DNA from: Candidatus Liptonbacteria bacterium
Lineage (GTDB): Bacteria; Patescibacteriota; Minisyncoccia; UBA6257; 2-01-FULL-56-20
Direction: 5' to 3'
DNA: 53,351 nt
Assembly (NCBI GenBank): GCA_016182105.1
Contig: JACOXZ010000001.1
Span: 1-53,351, forward strand
Made by a program: the position numbers and the translations under genes. Below are positions 15,378-25,487 of this stretch, in pieces (position 1 is the first letter of the stretch; every line of letters begins with the position of its first letter). A model generated the notes under the pieces. The model was not told the DNA's origin. It was given only the letters and a program-made list of their open reading frames with translations, and made no database searches.

Positions 15378-17792
15378 ATGAAGCGGAGAAGGCGTTTTAA
15401 AAAAATATCTTTTTTAAAAAAATTGATTTGGTTTACAGCCGGCAGTTTTCTTATTGTTCTTCTTTTTGGTTTTCTTGTAATCTCATCTTTATCGCACGAT
15501 CTTCCCTCGATTAGCCAGATCTCTAATCGCCAGATTGTCGAGTCCACTAAAATTTACGACCGAACCGGCCAAGTACTTCTCTATGAGATCAGTAACGGCG
15601 AGAGGCGGACGGTCGTGGCCATCGAAGACATTCCCCAATATCTTAAAGATGCCACCATCGTTGTGGAGGATGAAAAATTTTATGAAGAGCCGGGTTTCAG
15701 TCCGCGGGGAATTCTCCGCGCCCTCTTTGTTAATCTCACTCACGGCCGGATTCTCCAGGGTGGATCCACTATAACTCAACAACTTGCGAGAAACGCCTTC
15801 CTTACTCCGGAGCAGACCGTGAGACGAAAAATTAAGGAATTTATTCTGGCAATTAAGCTCACCCGTTACTATACCAAGGATCAAATTCTTGCTCTTTACT
15901 TGAACGAGATACCCTATGGACCAACCATTTATGGCGTCGAGGCTGCGAGCCGCGCTTATTTTAATAAACCGGCAAGTGGGCTGTCTTTAGCTCAGAGCGC
16001 GATTCTTGCGGCGCTTCCTCGCGCGCCAAGTTATTATTCGCCGTGGGGAAGCCACAAAAAAGAATTGTTTCAACGTGAACAGTTTATTCTGAATAAAATG
16101 TTTAATTCGGGTAAAATCAGCAAAAGACAGTTAGAGGAAGCCCTAAAAACCAAAATAGCTTTTGAGCCCCAAGCGCAAACCATTAAAGCGCCTCATTTTG
16201 TCATTGCCGTTCAAGATACTTTGGTCCAGAAATACGGCGAGGATTTGGTAAGGAGCGGGGGGCTAAGGGTGCTTACCACACTCGACTGGAATCTTGAGCA
16301 GTTGGCCGAAAAAGTAGTGGCTGAGGGCAGTCTTAAGAATGAAAAGCTTTATCAAGGCAAAAATGCTGCCCTTGTAGCCCAAGACTCTAAAACCGGACAG
16401 ATTCTGGCTTTAGTTGGCTCGCGCGACTATTTTGACGCGGAAAATGAAGGTAATTTCAATGTAGCTACCCAGGGCCTTCGCCAACCCGGTTCAGCGCTAA
16501 AGCCCTTTGTTTATCTTACTGCCTTTAAAAAGGGCTATACGCCGAGCACAGTTGTTTTTGATGTGCCGACCAATTTTGACACAACTAACGATCCCCAAAA
16601 AAAATACGAGCCGCAAAATTTTGACGAAAAATTTCGAGGTCCGGTGAGCTTCAGGCAGGGGCTCGCGCAATCGTTAAACGTGCCCTCGGTCAAAGTCCTT
16701 TACCTCGCAGGCGTTCAAGATACCATCAAAACGCTCCATGATTTTGGTGTTACGACTTTAAACGAATACGGCCGCTACGGACTTTCTTTGGTTTTGGGGG
16801 GCGGCGAAGTAAAACTTGTTGATCTTGTAGGCGCTTATTCGGTTCTCTCTCAAGAGGGGATTTTGCATAAACAAACAATGATTCTCGAGGTCCGCGACAG
16901 CCGCGGCGAAATTCTGGAATCCTACAAAGACCAAAACCGCGAAGTCGTTGATCCGGAATATCCCCGGCTGGTGAATAGCATCCTCTCGGACGCTGAAGCA
17001 AGAAGCGGCCTCTATCAAAACAGTTTATACTTAACGGTTTTTCCGGACCACGATGTGGCCTTAAAGACAGGCACCTCAAACGACTACAGGGACGCCTGGA
17101 CAGTCGGCTACACGCCAACCATTACGGTAGGGGTCTGGGCCGGCAATAATGACAACTCGCCAATGGTGCGTCAGGGATCGAGTATTCTTGCAGCCCTCCC
17201 CATGTGGCATGAATTTATGGTTGAGGCCTTGCGCCTTGAGCCTCTGGATACTTTTAATAAGCCGGCGCCGCTTACGGTCCAGAAACCTATTTTAGCCGGC
17301 GATTACTCTTCATCTGGGGTTCATTCGCTTCTTTACTATATTAATCCAAAGGACCCCTTGGGACCGCCGCCCGTAAGTCCCGAGGACAATCTTCAATTCA
17401 AAAATTGGGAAACTCCAGTTTTAGAGTGGGTGAAAACGAATCTCCCAAATTTCCTAAGCTCTAACCAAGTAACCCCCTTCACAGATAATCAAAAAACCAA
17501 TCTTATTCGCTCCTCTGCGCCAAGAGTAAAAATCGAGGAGCCCTCTCTTGGTAGTTTTATTCAAGGCCAGATTTCCCTCCGGGCCGCGATTCAGGGCGAC
17601 GCATTGATTGCGCAGATTGGGATTTATTTTAATAACAAACTAATCCGCGAGCTTAAAAGTGATTTCGGTAATAGCTATTTCCTAAACCTCACCTTTGTGC
17701 CGCCTGATCCAGAGCTTCAGAATCTACTTATGGTCAAAGCTCTGGATCAAAACAATAAAACCGGCGAGGCGAGCGTTATTGTCTATAAGTAA
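15378..17792 (+). CDS. Class A penicillin-binding protein (transglycosylase/transpeptidase) with C-terminal Ig-like domain
   Basis: EDEKFY, GGSTITQQL, RKIKE, YLNEI (GT51). SALK, SLN and KTG transpeptidase motifs. Start set at MKRRRR. Confidence 0.93.
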   Translation: MKRRRRFKKISFLKKLIWFTAGSFLIVLLFGFLVISSLSHDLPSISQISNRQIVESTKIYDRTGQVLLYEISNGERRTVVAIEDIPQYLKDATIVVEDEKFYEEPGFSPRGILRALFVNLTHGRILQGGSTITQQLARNAFLTPEQTVRRKIKEFILAIKLTRYYTKDQILALYLNEIPYGPTIYGVEAASRAYFNKPASGLSLAQSAILAALPRAPSYYSPWGSHKKELFQREQFILNKMFNSGKISKRQLEEALKTKIAFEPQAQTIKAPHFVIAVQDTLVQKYGEDLVRSGGLRVLTTLDWNLEQLAEKVVAEGSLKNEKLYQGKNAALVAQDSKTGQILALVGSRDYFDAENEGNFNVATQGLRQPGSALKPFVYLTAFKKGYTPSTVVFDVPTNFDTTNDPQKKYEPQNFDEKFRGPVSFRQGLAQSLNVPSVKVLYLAGVQDTIKTLHDFGVTTLNEYGRYGLSLVLGGGEVKLVDLVGAYSVLSQEGILHKQTMILEVRDSRGEILESYKDQNREVVDPEYPRLVNSILSDAEARSGLYQNSLYLTVFPDHDVALKTGTSNDYRDAWTVGYTPTITVGVWAGNNDNSPMVRQGSSILAALPMWHEFMVEALRLEPLDTFNKPAPLTVQKPILAGDYSSSGVHSLLYYINPKDPLGPPPVSPEDNLQFKNWETPVLEWVKTNLPNFLSSNQVTPFTDNQKTNLIRSSAPRVKIEEPSLGSFIQGQISLRAAIQGDALIAQIGIYFNNKLIRELKSDFGNSYFLNLTFVPPDPELQNLLMVKALDQNNKTGEASVIVYK

Positions 17793-17798
17793 CTATTT

Positions 17799-18920
17799 CT
17801 AGGTCTTCAAAATTGGCATTAAGATATAAAGATAAAAAACGTCGCTTGGAGTCTTAAGAAGAGCGGGTTTGTTGTCTTCGCTGTTTAAGCCTAAAAAGAC
17901 CTCCCCTCCTCTTATGGCCTTGAGGCCATCAAGAAGGTGTCGCCAATTGAAGTTTGCCTCTTTAGCTTTGCCTTGAACTTTAGCTGTAAGAAAGTAGTGA
18001 TTTTCTCCAACTGTTTCATCAACCGACCAAACCTCAACGGTTTTTTTAGCTTCGGGCACCCGAATTTTTATTTCACTAAAACGGCTTCCGAAAATGCCGG
18101 CGAGTTTTAAGGCTGAAACCAATTCTTCTCTATTCACAACAATTTCTGAATCGAACTTCTTGGGGATAACCGCTGTATAATCAGGAAAGTTGCTGTCGAC
18201 TAAACGGGAAATAAATTCAAGATTTTCTGTTTTAAACAAAATCTGGTTTAGGTCGTGGTAAATTTTTAAAACTTCTCCTTCTTTTAAAATCCTTAGTAGT
18301 TCTTGGTTGGTTTTTAGAGGCACTAAAAGTTTAAAAGTGTTCTTGTGGTTGGTTTTAAATTGACTCGAGGGGATTGTTTTTTCGGCTAGGCGGAAGCTGT
18401 CTGTCGCCACAAGCTTAATATTCTCTAGAGAAAAATTAAAAAAGACGCTGTTTAGCTCTGGCCGAAGATCTGAAAATTGGGTGCCGACAACAACCTGGCT
18501 TAAAGCTTCTTTAAAAACTCCTGAGTCTATTTCTATAAATTCATTTTTGTTCTCATCTGAAATTTTGGGAATAATAGGAAAGTCTTCTGGAGCTAATCCT
18601 TGAATTAAAGCTTGGTAGTTGTCGGTTTTAATTTCAATACTGTTTTTATTTTTTTCAATATTTAAACGTTCGCTTTGAAGGTTGTTGATAAGATTTTGAA
18701 AAATTCCTAATGGAATAGTGGCATTTCCTTGTTCAATTATTTTTCCAGGTATCAAAAAACTTGCTGCGATCTCAAGATTGGTGGTGGTAAGTTTAATTCG
18801 ATTATCAGAAACATCAAAAAGAGAATGTTTTAATATTGGTAAATTTAAATTTTCTCCACTCGCGCCAGAAATTATTCCCAAACCCTCCTTTAAATTACTT
18901 CGAACAATTACTACTTTCAT
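17799..18920 (-). CDS. dnaN: DNA polymerase III beta clamp
   Basis: LPIL, TNLE, DFP, RPELN, VATDSFRLA, FPDY, LMPI. Lies downstream of dnaA. Confidence 0.96.
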   Translation of the reverse strand: MKVVIVRSNLKEGLGIISGASGENLNLPILKHSLFDVSDNRIKLTTTNLEIAASFLIPGKIIEQGNATIPLGIFQNLINNLQSERLNIEKNKNSIEIKTDNYQALIQGLAPEDFPIIPKISDENKNEFIEIDSGVFKEALSQVVVGTQFSDLRPELNSVFFNFSLENIKLVATDSFRLAEKTIPSSQFKTNHKNTFKLLVPLKTNQELLRILKEGEVLKIYHDLNQILFKTENLEFISRLVDSNFPDYTAVIPKKFDSEIVVNREELVSALKLAGIFGSRFSEIKIRVPEAKKTVEVWSVDETVGENHYFLTAKVQGKAKEANFNWRHLLDGLKAIRGGEVFLGLNSEDNKPALLKTPSDVFYLYILMPILKT

Positions 18921-19044
18921 TAATAATAAATAAAATTTATAGTTATTAGTTTATATATAAGTTTTTGTGGAAAAGTTTTTAGCGCTTTAATTTTACTTAT
19001 TAATAAAAAGAAAAATATTTTTTACCTGGGAATTTTTTGTGAGT
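18921..19044. other. Putative oriC (AT-rich dnaA-dnaN spacer)
   Basis: Very AT-rich, with DnaA box TTTTCCACA (reverse, 18966-18974). Further box-like sites upstream of dnaA (20502-20510, ~20702-20710). Confidence 0.55.
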
Positions 19045-20400
19045 TTAATCTTTATAAATCATATCCCGAATAAGAATAATTTTTTGATTTAAAGATGAAT
19101 TTTTATTTATTTCTTGGTTAATTTTATCATAAGCGTGAATGGCGGTCGTATGATCTCTCCCCAACTTTTCACCAATATACGGATATGACATTTCCAAAAT
19201 ATCACGAAGAAGGAAGGCCACAATCTGCCTCGGCTCAACCACTTGTTTTTTTCTAGACCTTCCTAAAATATTTTCAGTTGAGATGTTGTAAAACTCACTC
19301 ACCGCCTTTATTATCTGGGCGTCGCTTACCCTCCGAGATAGATTTTGAGCTGATTTTTCAATGATTTCCTGGGCGATTTTTTCAGTTATATCCACCCCTT
19401 TTCTTTCTTGATAAAAAAGGATTTTATTTAAGACCCCCTCAAGCTCTCTTATATTTTTCTTGATGCGGTTTGCGATAAGTTCGATAACCACCTGGTTTAA
19501 GTCGCGGTTCAGCCCCTGAAGTTTGCTTTTAATAATCGCCACCCGCACTTCGTATTCTGGATAGCCAATATCCACAATTAATCCCCCCCCAAAACGTGAG
19601 CGAAGCCGTTCCTCGAGGGTGGGGATGGCTTGCGGAGGGCGATCAGAGGAGATGATTATTTGTTTATTGCCCTCATACAGCGCGTTAAAGGTATGGAAAA
19701 ATTCTTCTTCAGTTTTTTCTTTGCCGCCGATAAACTGAATATCATCAATAATCAAAACATCGACATCGCGATATTTTTTCTTGATGTCCTCCATTCTCTT
19801 ATTTCTAATTCCCCAAACAATATCACTCGTAAATTTTTCCGAAGAAACATAGCGCGGCCTAAATTTGCCGGGATACTGAGCCCCCACAGCATTGCCGATG
19901 GCCTGAATGAGGTGAGTTTTTCCTAAGCCCACTCCACTGTAAACAAAAAAAGGATTGTATTTTAAGCCAAGTTCTTTGACAATAGACGAGGCGCCGGCAT
20001 AAGCCAGTTCATTTGAAGGGCCAACAATAAATGAATCCAAAGTGTAGCGTGGATTCAGGTTGGTTTCTGGATCGATTTTGAAATCAAGGCTGATGCGGTT
20101 TTCAAAACTCATTAGATCTTGGGCTAAGTCCTTTTTCGTGGCAGTTTTGGGATTACTGCTTACGACCACAAACTTCAGATTCTTTGCGCTGCTGTCAAAG
20201 TTTCTGATTATTCCCAAGAGGTTTTTTTGATATTTATTTTCAATCCACTCTTTGGCGAAGTTGTTGGGGAGGCCAATATAGAAAGTGCCGTCTTTTTTAT
20301 CGATAAGCCGGCTGTTTTTAAGCCAGGTAGCGAAGTTAGCTCTCGAGATTTGAACCTCCATTTCGCCTAAAATTGATTGCCAAAGTTGTTCTAACTCCAT
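19045..20400 (-). CDS. dnaA: Chromosomal replication initiator DnaA
   Basis: YNPFF..GVGLGKTHL, LIIDDIQF, EEFFHTFN, RLRSRF, RELEG, GRDHTT. Confidence 0.98.
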   Translation of the reverse strand: MELEQLWQSILGEMEVQISRANFATWLKNSRLIDKKDGTFYIGLPNNFAKEWIENKYQKNLLGIIRNFDSSAKNLKFVVVSSNPKTATKKDLAQDLMSFENRISLDFKIDPETNLNPRYTLDSFIVGPSNELAYAGASSIVKELGLKYNPFFVYSGVGLGKTHLIQAIGNAVGAQYPGKFRPRYVSSEKFTSDIVWGIRNKRMEDIKKKYRDVDVLIIDDIQFIGGKEKTEEEFFHTFNALYEGNKQIIISSDRPPQAIPTLEERLRSRFGGGLIVDIGYPEYEVRVAIIKSKLQGLNRDLNQVVIELIANRIKKNIRELEGVLNKILFYQERKGVDITEKIAQEIIEKSAQNLSRRVSDAQIIKAVSEFYNISTENILGRSRKKQVVEPRQIVAFLLRDILEMSYPYIGEKLGRDHTTAIHAYDKINQEINKNSSLNQKIILIRDMIYKD

Positions 20401-20477
20401 CGGCTTAATTGTATTTTCTATTTTACTCTAGTCAAACAAGGCCCAGCGGCTTAGGAATGGGGACGAACTGTTCACAA

Positions 20478-20607
20478 CCCCGTCACCTTAGAAAGATCGC
20501 GTTTTTCACAACGCTTTTTGCCAAAATATAGCTGTCGTATTTTTAATCTGATTTGCGAATGAAGGACGTCCACTCAAGAAAAACGGCTGGCGCTCACATC
20601 TTTCTAA
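20478..20607. mobile_element. Truncated copy of the 46545-46648 TIR element
   Basis: Left end CCCCGTCACCTTAGAAAGAT and internal CAAGAAAAACGRCTGGCGCTCACATCTTTCTAA are shared with 46545-46648. The right end is cut short. Confidence 0.7.
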
Positions 20608-20612
20608 ATTTA

Positions 20613-20692
20613 CCCCGTTACATCCAGAAGATTCTAGACTTCAGGTTGGAGAAGAATGACGTAATCGGATCAACAGTTGGGATGTAACGGGG
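20613..20692. mobile_element. Short element with 13-bp TIRs
   Basis: CCCCGTTACATCC (20613-20625) / GGATGTAACGGGG (20680-20692). Confidence 0.65.
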
Positions 20693-20734
20693 GTTAAAAT
20701 TTGTGTAAACGGAGAATAGTGATAGAATTGGGAA

Positions 20735-20869
20735 ATGTCGGTTACTTATCAACCTAAAAAGAGAAAGCGCAGCCGCACGCACGGCTTTAGAGCCCGGAAG
20801 CGAACTCCCGGCGGCCGCAAGGTTCTGAGCAAACGCAGGAACAAGGGCCGGAAAAAGCTTATTCCTTGA
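20735..20869 (+). CDS. rpmH: 50S ribosomal protein L34 (below the ORF track cutoff)
   Basis: Translates [44 protein letters not shown]. Canonical position divergent from dnaA. Confidence 0.96.
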   Translation: MSVTYQPKKRKRSRTHGFRARKRTPGGRKVLSKRRNKGRKKLIP

Positions 20870-20876
20870 AATTTTT

Positions 20877-21191
20877 GTGGTAAAGAAAAAATTTCGGTTT
20901 TCGGTCGCCGATTTTCCGAAGCGGGCGCCGGCAATTTTCTCTTGCAGCTCTTTTATTATGAAATTTCGAGACAATGGCCTTAGTCATAACCGCTTCGCCA
21001 TCTTGATTAGCAATCACTCGGAAAAATCGGCCGTCCGCCGCCATTTTTGGAAGAGACGGTTTCTTGATCAATTAAAAAGCTGGCCAGATTTGGGGAAAGA
21101 TTTTTTAGTCATTACCTCTTCTAAGATAAAAAGCTTTACACCTGATAATTTAAAAATAGAACTTCAAAAGGTTTTAGAAAAATTAAAATGA
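20877..21191 (+). CDS. rnpA: Ribonuclease P protein component
   Basis: RFAILIS...KSAVRRH..KR (RNR-like) motif, located between rpmH and yidC. Confidence 0.88.
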   Translation: MVKKKFRFSVADFPKRAPAIFSCSSFIMKFRDNGLSHNRFAILISNHSEKSAVRRHFWKRRFLDQLKSWPDLGKDFLVITSSKIKSFTPDNLKIELQKVLEKLK

Positions 21192-21904
21192 GTTATCTTT
21201 ACAATCTAATTCTTTATCAGCCGCTCTTGAACACGCTAATTTTTTTCTATCAGAAGATTTCTTTTAACGATCTTGGAATTGCGATCATTCTTCTCACTAT
21301 TTTAATTCGGCTGATCCTCTTCCCGATTTTCCAAAAAAGCGCGCGACATCAAATGGTTATGCAGAAGCTCCAGCCTAAGCTCAAAAAAATCCAGGAAGAC
21401 CACAAGCACGACCGCGAGCGCCAGGTTAAGGCGACCATGGAGCTTTACAAGGACCACAAAATCAATCCTTTTTCCGGATTTTTTCTTCTACTTGTTCAGC
21501 TGCCGGTCTTGATCGCGCTCTATCAAATTTTCTTAAATATTTCCAAACCCGAGGCTTTCGCCGGAAAATTTTACAGTTTCATTGAGGCCCCGGCCAACCT
21601 CGGGACGACTTTCTTGGGCTTGATTAATTTAAGCGAGAAGAGTATTCTAATGGTGGTTTTGGCAGCAATCGCCCAGTATTTTCAAGGCAAGCTCGCTCTC
21701 CCCAAAAATCAAAGTGAGAGTCAGGATAAGGCGGCGAAGCTCGGACGCCAGATGGCAATTATAGGGCCGATTATAACCATAGTTATATTCATCAATTTAC
21801 CATCAGCCGTCAGCCTCTACTGGCTTACCACTTCAATCTTTTCTGTTTTTCAACAAATGTTAATCAATCGTAAGTTAAATGGAAAATCAGAAAATATTCA
21901 TTAA
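21188..21904 (+). CDS. yidC: Membrane protein insertase YidC/Oxa1
   Basis: GIAIILLTILIRLILFP, LQP.LK.IQ, LYK...INP..G...LLVQLP, LYW. Confidence 0.95.
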   Translation: MSYLYNLILYQPLLNTLIFFYQKISFNDLGIAIILLTILIRLILFPIFQKSARHQMVMQKLQPKLKKIQEDHKHDRERQVKATMELYKDHKINPFSGFFLLLVQLPVLIALYQIFLNISKPEAFAGKFYSFIEAPANLGTTFLGLINLSEKSILMVVLAAIAQYFQGKLALPKNQSESQDKAAKLGRQMAIIGPIITIVIFINLPSAVSLYWLTTSIFSVFQQMLINRKLNGKSENIH

Positions 21905-22355
21905 AAAACTACTGGAACTCATGGGTTTTAAAGATTTTAGAGTAGAGGTGGAAGGCTCTCCAGAGCGCGGCCTAGTTTTTATTTACGATCAGCCCACGCT
22001 CATCAAAGAAAATCTGCCCGTGCTCGTTCAAGATTTTAACCATTTAACGAGGCTTCTCGCCAAACGTCTGAACCAGCCAGCAGTTTTTTTTGACGTCAAC
22101 AACTACCGCAAGGAGCGGGAAAATTTAATTGTTGAACTCGCGAGGGCCGCTGCCAAAAAGGTGATCGTGACCGGCGAGGATATTTCGCTCCCAGCCATGA
22201 ATTCTTATGAGCGGCGATTGGTTCACTCGGCCCTGGCAGTCCATCCCGAAGTTACAACCGAAAGCGTGGGCGCCCTCCGCGGTCGCTACGTGATAGTTAA
22301 GCTCATTCGCGAGAACGAGCCAGAAGCTCCGTCTGAACCCCCCCTGCTTAGTTAG
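21879..22355 (+). CDS. Jag/KhpB-like R3H-domain RNA-binding protein (short)
   Basis: DVNNYRKERE, L.AMNSYERRLVH, TESVG....RYVIV. Lies after yidC. Confidence 0.88.
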   Translation: MENQKIFIKKLLELMGFKDFRVEVEGSPERGLVFIYDQPTLIKENLPVLVQDFNHLTRLLAKRLNQPAVFFDVNNYRKERENLIVELARAAAKKVIVTGEDISLPAMNSYERRLVHSALAVHPEVTTESVGALRGRYVIVKLIRENEPEAPSEPPLLS

Positions 22356-23520
22356 AAAGGGAGATTGAGTAAAGACGATTATCGTAGCGATTTACAAAAT
22401 AGAGGCGACCGAGAAAGACCTTGAGATTATCGGCGTCAAAGTTTTTCGTAAGATCAGAGAAACGTATTTTCACACTGCCGTTAGTTAAATCTATTTCGTA
22501 GAAGTCGTCAGAGGTAAAGATTGCTTTCTTTTGGTAAGCATCGGGTAAAACAGTGGAAGAAAGTTTTTGTTGATCGCGCGGCACGGCGCAGTTTAATACA
22601 AAAGTTGAGGTTGAAATTTTTGCCCCGCCAAAAATGCACTTAGAAGGAAATGTTATAAAGTTCAATCGGTTAATAAGATTGCCATTTTTATCAACCAAAC
22701 TAAGTCGCCCCCCTTTGTTATTTAGATTACTTACAGACATAAGGCTTCGGCCGGTCGCTCTGTCCCACAAAAATTCAAGCCCGAGCTGATCTTGAATAAT
22801 GGTAGTAAGAGTATTTTTCTGGATATCAAAGAGCCAAGAACTGCTTTTCCAAAAAGCGCTGTTTTTTTCTTTAAGTAATATTTCTTGAGGACCGATCCAG
22901 AGTGGAATTATGTCCTCAACCCCCATTTTCAAGAGCTCTTGCGGTTTTGATTTAGGGTCTCCGATGTCAGTAATAGTAAGAAATTTAAAACCGGCTTTAA
23001 GGCTAAAATAAGCTATTTTATAGCTCGTCGGCGACCAGGAGGCTGATTCAAATTTTAAGTCCAGCGACTGCCAAGACTTTGTTTGGATATCGAAAATACT
23101 TATTTGCGGATCTTTGCGGTCGCCGAATATAGCGAGAATTTTCTGGCCGTCGTAAGAGAAAGAGGCGCTAATTAGATTTTGGATGGCAGTTGAGCTAAGT
23201 ATTGATGATCCGCTTTTTGTGATTTTAACGATCTGGCCATCCGGCTCTATAAGGGTAAGATTGTTTTGGCTGTCAAGAAAGTAGTCGCGAATTGGATTCT
23301 GGCTCGCGAGACTCAATTTTTGGCCGGGCGGAGGAGTAAGCGTTGGCGGCGTGGTTGGAGTAGGAGAAGTAGTGTCGGGTGGGAGATTCGCCTCGGGCGC
23401 AGTAGTTTCGGGGAGCCCTATCCCTTCTGGTGCGCTGCTTCGATAGCGCAAGAGATAGCCGATTCCTATGACCGCAACCATAATAACTAGAGCGCCGAAG
23501 ATAAAAAGAAAGCGTTTCAT
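22348..23520 (-). CDS. Hypothetical protein: N-terminal membrane anchor, Pro/Thr linker, probable beta-propeller
   Basis: SFSYDGQKIL and SWSPTSYKIAY propeller-like repeats. Confidence 0.75.
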   Translation of the reverse strand: MKRFLFIFGALVIMVAVIGIGYLLRYRSSAPEGIGLPETTAPEANLPPDTTSPTPTTPPTLTPPPGQKLSLASQNPIRDYFLDSQNNLTLIEPDGQIVKITKSGSSILSSTAIQNLISASFSYDGQKILAIFGDRKDPQISIFDIQTKSWQSLDLKFESASWSPTSYKIAYFSLKAGFKFLTITDIGDPKSKPQELLKMGVEDIIPLWIGPQEILLKEKNSAFWKSSSWLFDIQKNTLTTIIQDQLGLEFLWDRATGRSLMSVSNLNNKGGRLSLVDKNGNLINRLNFITFPSKCIFGGAKISTSTFVLNCAVPRDQQKLSSTVLPDAYQKKAIFTSDDFYEIDLTNGSVKIRFSDLTKNFDADNLKVFLGRLYFVNRYDNRLYSISLSN

Positions 23521-23538
23521 GTTTTTATGTTTTTGGAA

Positions 23539-24219
23539 CTAAATGCATTGGCATGTTGCAGCTCCACCCGAGCCTCGGCAGACTCCTGAACCAGGAGCGC
23601 ACGAAAGGGAGCTTACTCCGCCGCAATCAGCAGCTGTCACACAGCTTTGTCCCTGTGGCGTCGGGGGTGGCGGAGTAGGTTCGCTACACCCGCATACATT
23701 AACGGCAGCGCCGCTTCCTAGCGTTTGTGGCACACATACAGGGGTTTGATTCTGGCCGCAGAAAAGACTGGGGCAGTCACCGCTATCCTGGCATTCGTCA
23801 GTTCTTTCTTCTTGCTCTCCCCCTCTAAGCCTGTATTCTTCTCCGATCTTAAGACTTAAATCAGTTAGTTCCGGGTTTATGGTATTTAATATTATATAAG
23901 CGCCAGCCAAGAGAAGCAGGCCGAGGAGCGCCTGCTTGACCCATTCTTTACCTTCGTTTTGGCCACTGGGATTCCCAGCCGCTAAAGTATAGACAATCGC
24001 GCCGTAGACAATCGCCCCAAATGCAAGGAGTCCGGAAATACCGAGAGCAAGTAAGTAGATTTGATTCACAATCTCGCCAGGAGGAGTGTGGGTGCCCGGC
24101 GCCGGAGAAGTTATAAGTCTAGGATTAATTTCAACAGCCGAGACCTTGCCTTGGCCGCCCAGAAAAATATACGCCGATAATCCCAAAAGCAAAAAAGAAA
24201 ATATTAATATCTTCCTCAT
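23539..24219 (-). CDS. VirB2/TrbC-like pilin with Cys-rich C-terminal extension
   Basis: Signal peptide and LAFGAIVYGAIVY..AAGN.....GK..V..ALLGL...AGAY.ILNTINP.L pilin-like core, followed by two 6-Cys modules. Confidence 0.75.
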   Translation of the reverse strand: MRKILIFSFLLLGLSAYIFLGGQGKVSAVEINPRLITSPAPGTHTPPGEIVNQIYLLALGISGLLAFGAIVYGAIVYTLAAGNPSGQNEGKEWVKQALLGLLLLAGAYIILNTINPELTDLSLKIGEEYRLRGGEQEERTDECQDSGDCPSLFCGQNQTPVCVPQTLGSGAAVNVCGCSEPTPPPPTPQGQSCVTAADCGGVSSLSCAPGSGVCRGSGGAATCQCI

Positions 24220-24896
24220 TTTTTAAAAGTTAGGACTAGGTTTTTTCTCGCAAACTCTTGGATATTTTGAACGTTTCTTATAATGAGATCAACGTTAAAA
24301 ATGCTTCCCAAGGCGGGTTCAGAGCCAAAGTTTATATTAAGCTCGTCCTGGTTCTTAGTTGAACTTGCCTTTTGACCATTAACGCTCCATAAGAATGTTA
24401 GCCTTGAGGCAATCGGGACGTTAAAGAAAAACGGTTTACCTTTCATATCGAGCCGTTGGCTCGAGAAATTGTTATCTTTAAGCGGCAGCTCAATCACGGC
24501 TTCAGGGCTCACGATAGGAATCTCCACTGTTTTTATTAGTATATCGTTTTTGTAATTCGGAAACTGTACCCTAAGAGATTGAATTCCAGCTATAACATCT
24601 TTAGCTATGAATCGCACTGATTGAACGCCGACACTGTTGCTTATGAGTTCGTCGTCCAGATACCAATAAATTATCTGACGCGAGAGATCCGCTACTTTCC
24701 CGTTATCTACAACGAAAACCGAAGCCGCAATAGGCGACATCGCTGAAGGAAAGGCTTTTCCAGGGAAGTCAGAAGGAACATAGACTTTGGTGCTCCAAGT
24801 GATGAAGATTTGAGGTTCGGTTCGCTGGGCCCAAATTATTCCCGGACTTATTATTAATAAACTTAGAGCAAGGGCAAATAGATTAGCTTTTTTCAT
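24216..24896 (-). CDS. Secreted hypothetical protein, probably Ig-like
   Basis: Signal peptide, W..YVP..F.GKA.P motif, beta-rich. Confidence 0.7.
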   Translation of the reverse strand: MKKANLFALALSLLIISPGIIWAQRTEPQIFITWSTKVYVPSDFPGKAFPSAMSPIAASVFVVDNGKVADLSRQIIYWYLDDELISNSVGVQSVRFIAKDVIAGIQSLRVQFPNYKNDILIKTVEIPIVSPEAVIELPLKDNNFSSQRLDMKGKPFFFNVPIASRLTFLWSVNGQKASSTKNQDELNINFGSEPALGSIFNVDLIIRNVQNIQEFARKNLVLTFKK

Positions 24897-24902
24897 ACTG
24901 TT

Positions 24903-25475
24903 TTATACTGTGTTTTGGTTTGAATTTGACTCTGGGAATTCTTCCATTACCTCTTTTAATTTTTCCAGAGGTTCTTTAGGAACGCCAAAGGCTTCTTCCG
25001 AAACCTCGGTTTCGGCGCTCACTGCTTCGTCGGCAACGACTTCTCTTGCGCCAAGCGTTGCTTCTCTGGCTGCGAGCCTTTCGCCAGTAGCAACTGTGGT
25101 TCTCGCGCCGGCGGCAACAAGAGCAGCTGTTCCCGTAACTCCGGCTATTTTTGTGATAGCCCCGGCAGTCTTAGGATGATTAGCGAGATAAATAGTAACC
25201 ATTATAGTAGCTGTTTGGGCGAACGGAAGTCCTATGAGGTCAACTAAGCTGCCGGCTGAAAACCAAAGCCCCCTCACCCCTTTCATTATAAGCCATAATT
25301 GGATGAGAGCCCAAGCTAAAAAACTGAACGCTTTAGTTCCCAGGATAACAATCTGGCCGATTATAGGTATCCCAAAAATCAGCATTCCGAAAATGTCGCC
25401 AACGTCACTCAAAAAAACGATTATTATCATTAAAATCGCTTCTGGCAACTGAATTTTCTTTTCTTCCTCCTCCAT
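24903..25475 (-). CDS. Hypothetical membrane protein in the T4SS-like locus
   Basis: Hydrophobic N-terminal half and acidic tail. Confidence 0.7.
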   Translation of the reverse strand: MEEEEKKIQLPEAILMIIIVFLSDVGDIFGMLIFGIPIIGQIVILGTKAFSFLAWALIQLWLIMKGVRGLWFSAGSLVDLIGLPFAQTATIMVTIYLANHPKTAGAITKIAGVTGTAALVAAGARTTVATGERLAAREATLGAREVVADEAVSAETEVSEEAFGVPKEPLEKLKEVMEEFPESNSNQNTV

Positions 25476-25487
25476 TATTATTTAAAT

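Noticed and set aside
20618-21071. Minus-strand ORFs over the rpmH/rnpA region
   Set aside because: They are antisense to the clear rpmH (20735-20869) and rnpA genes.
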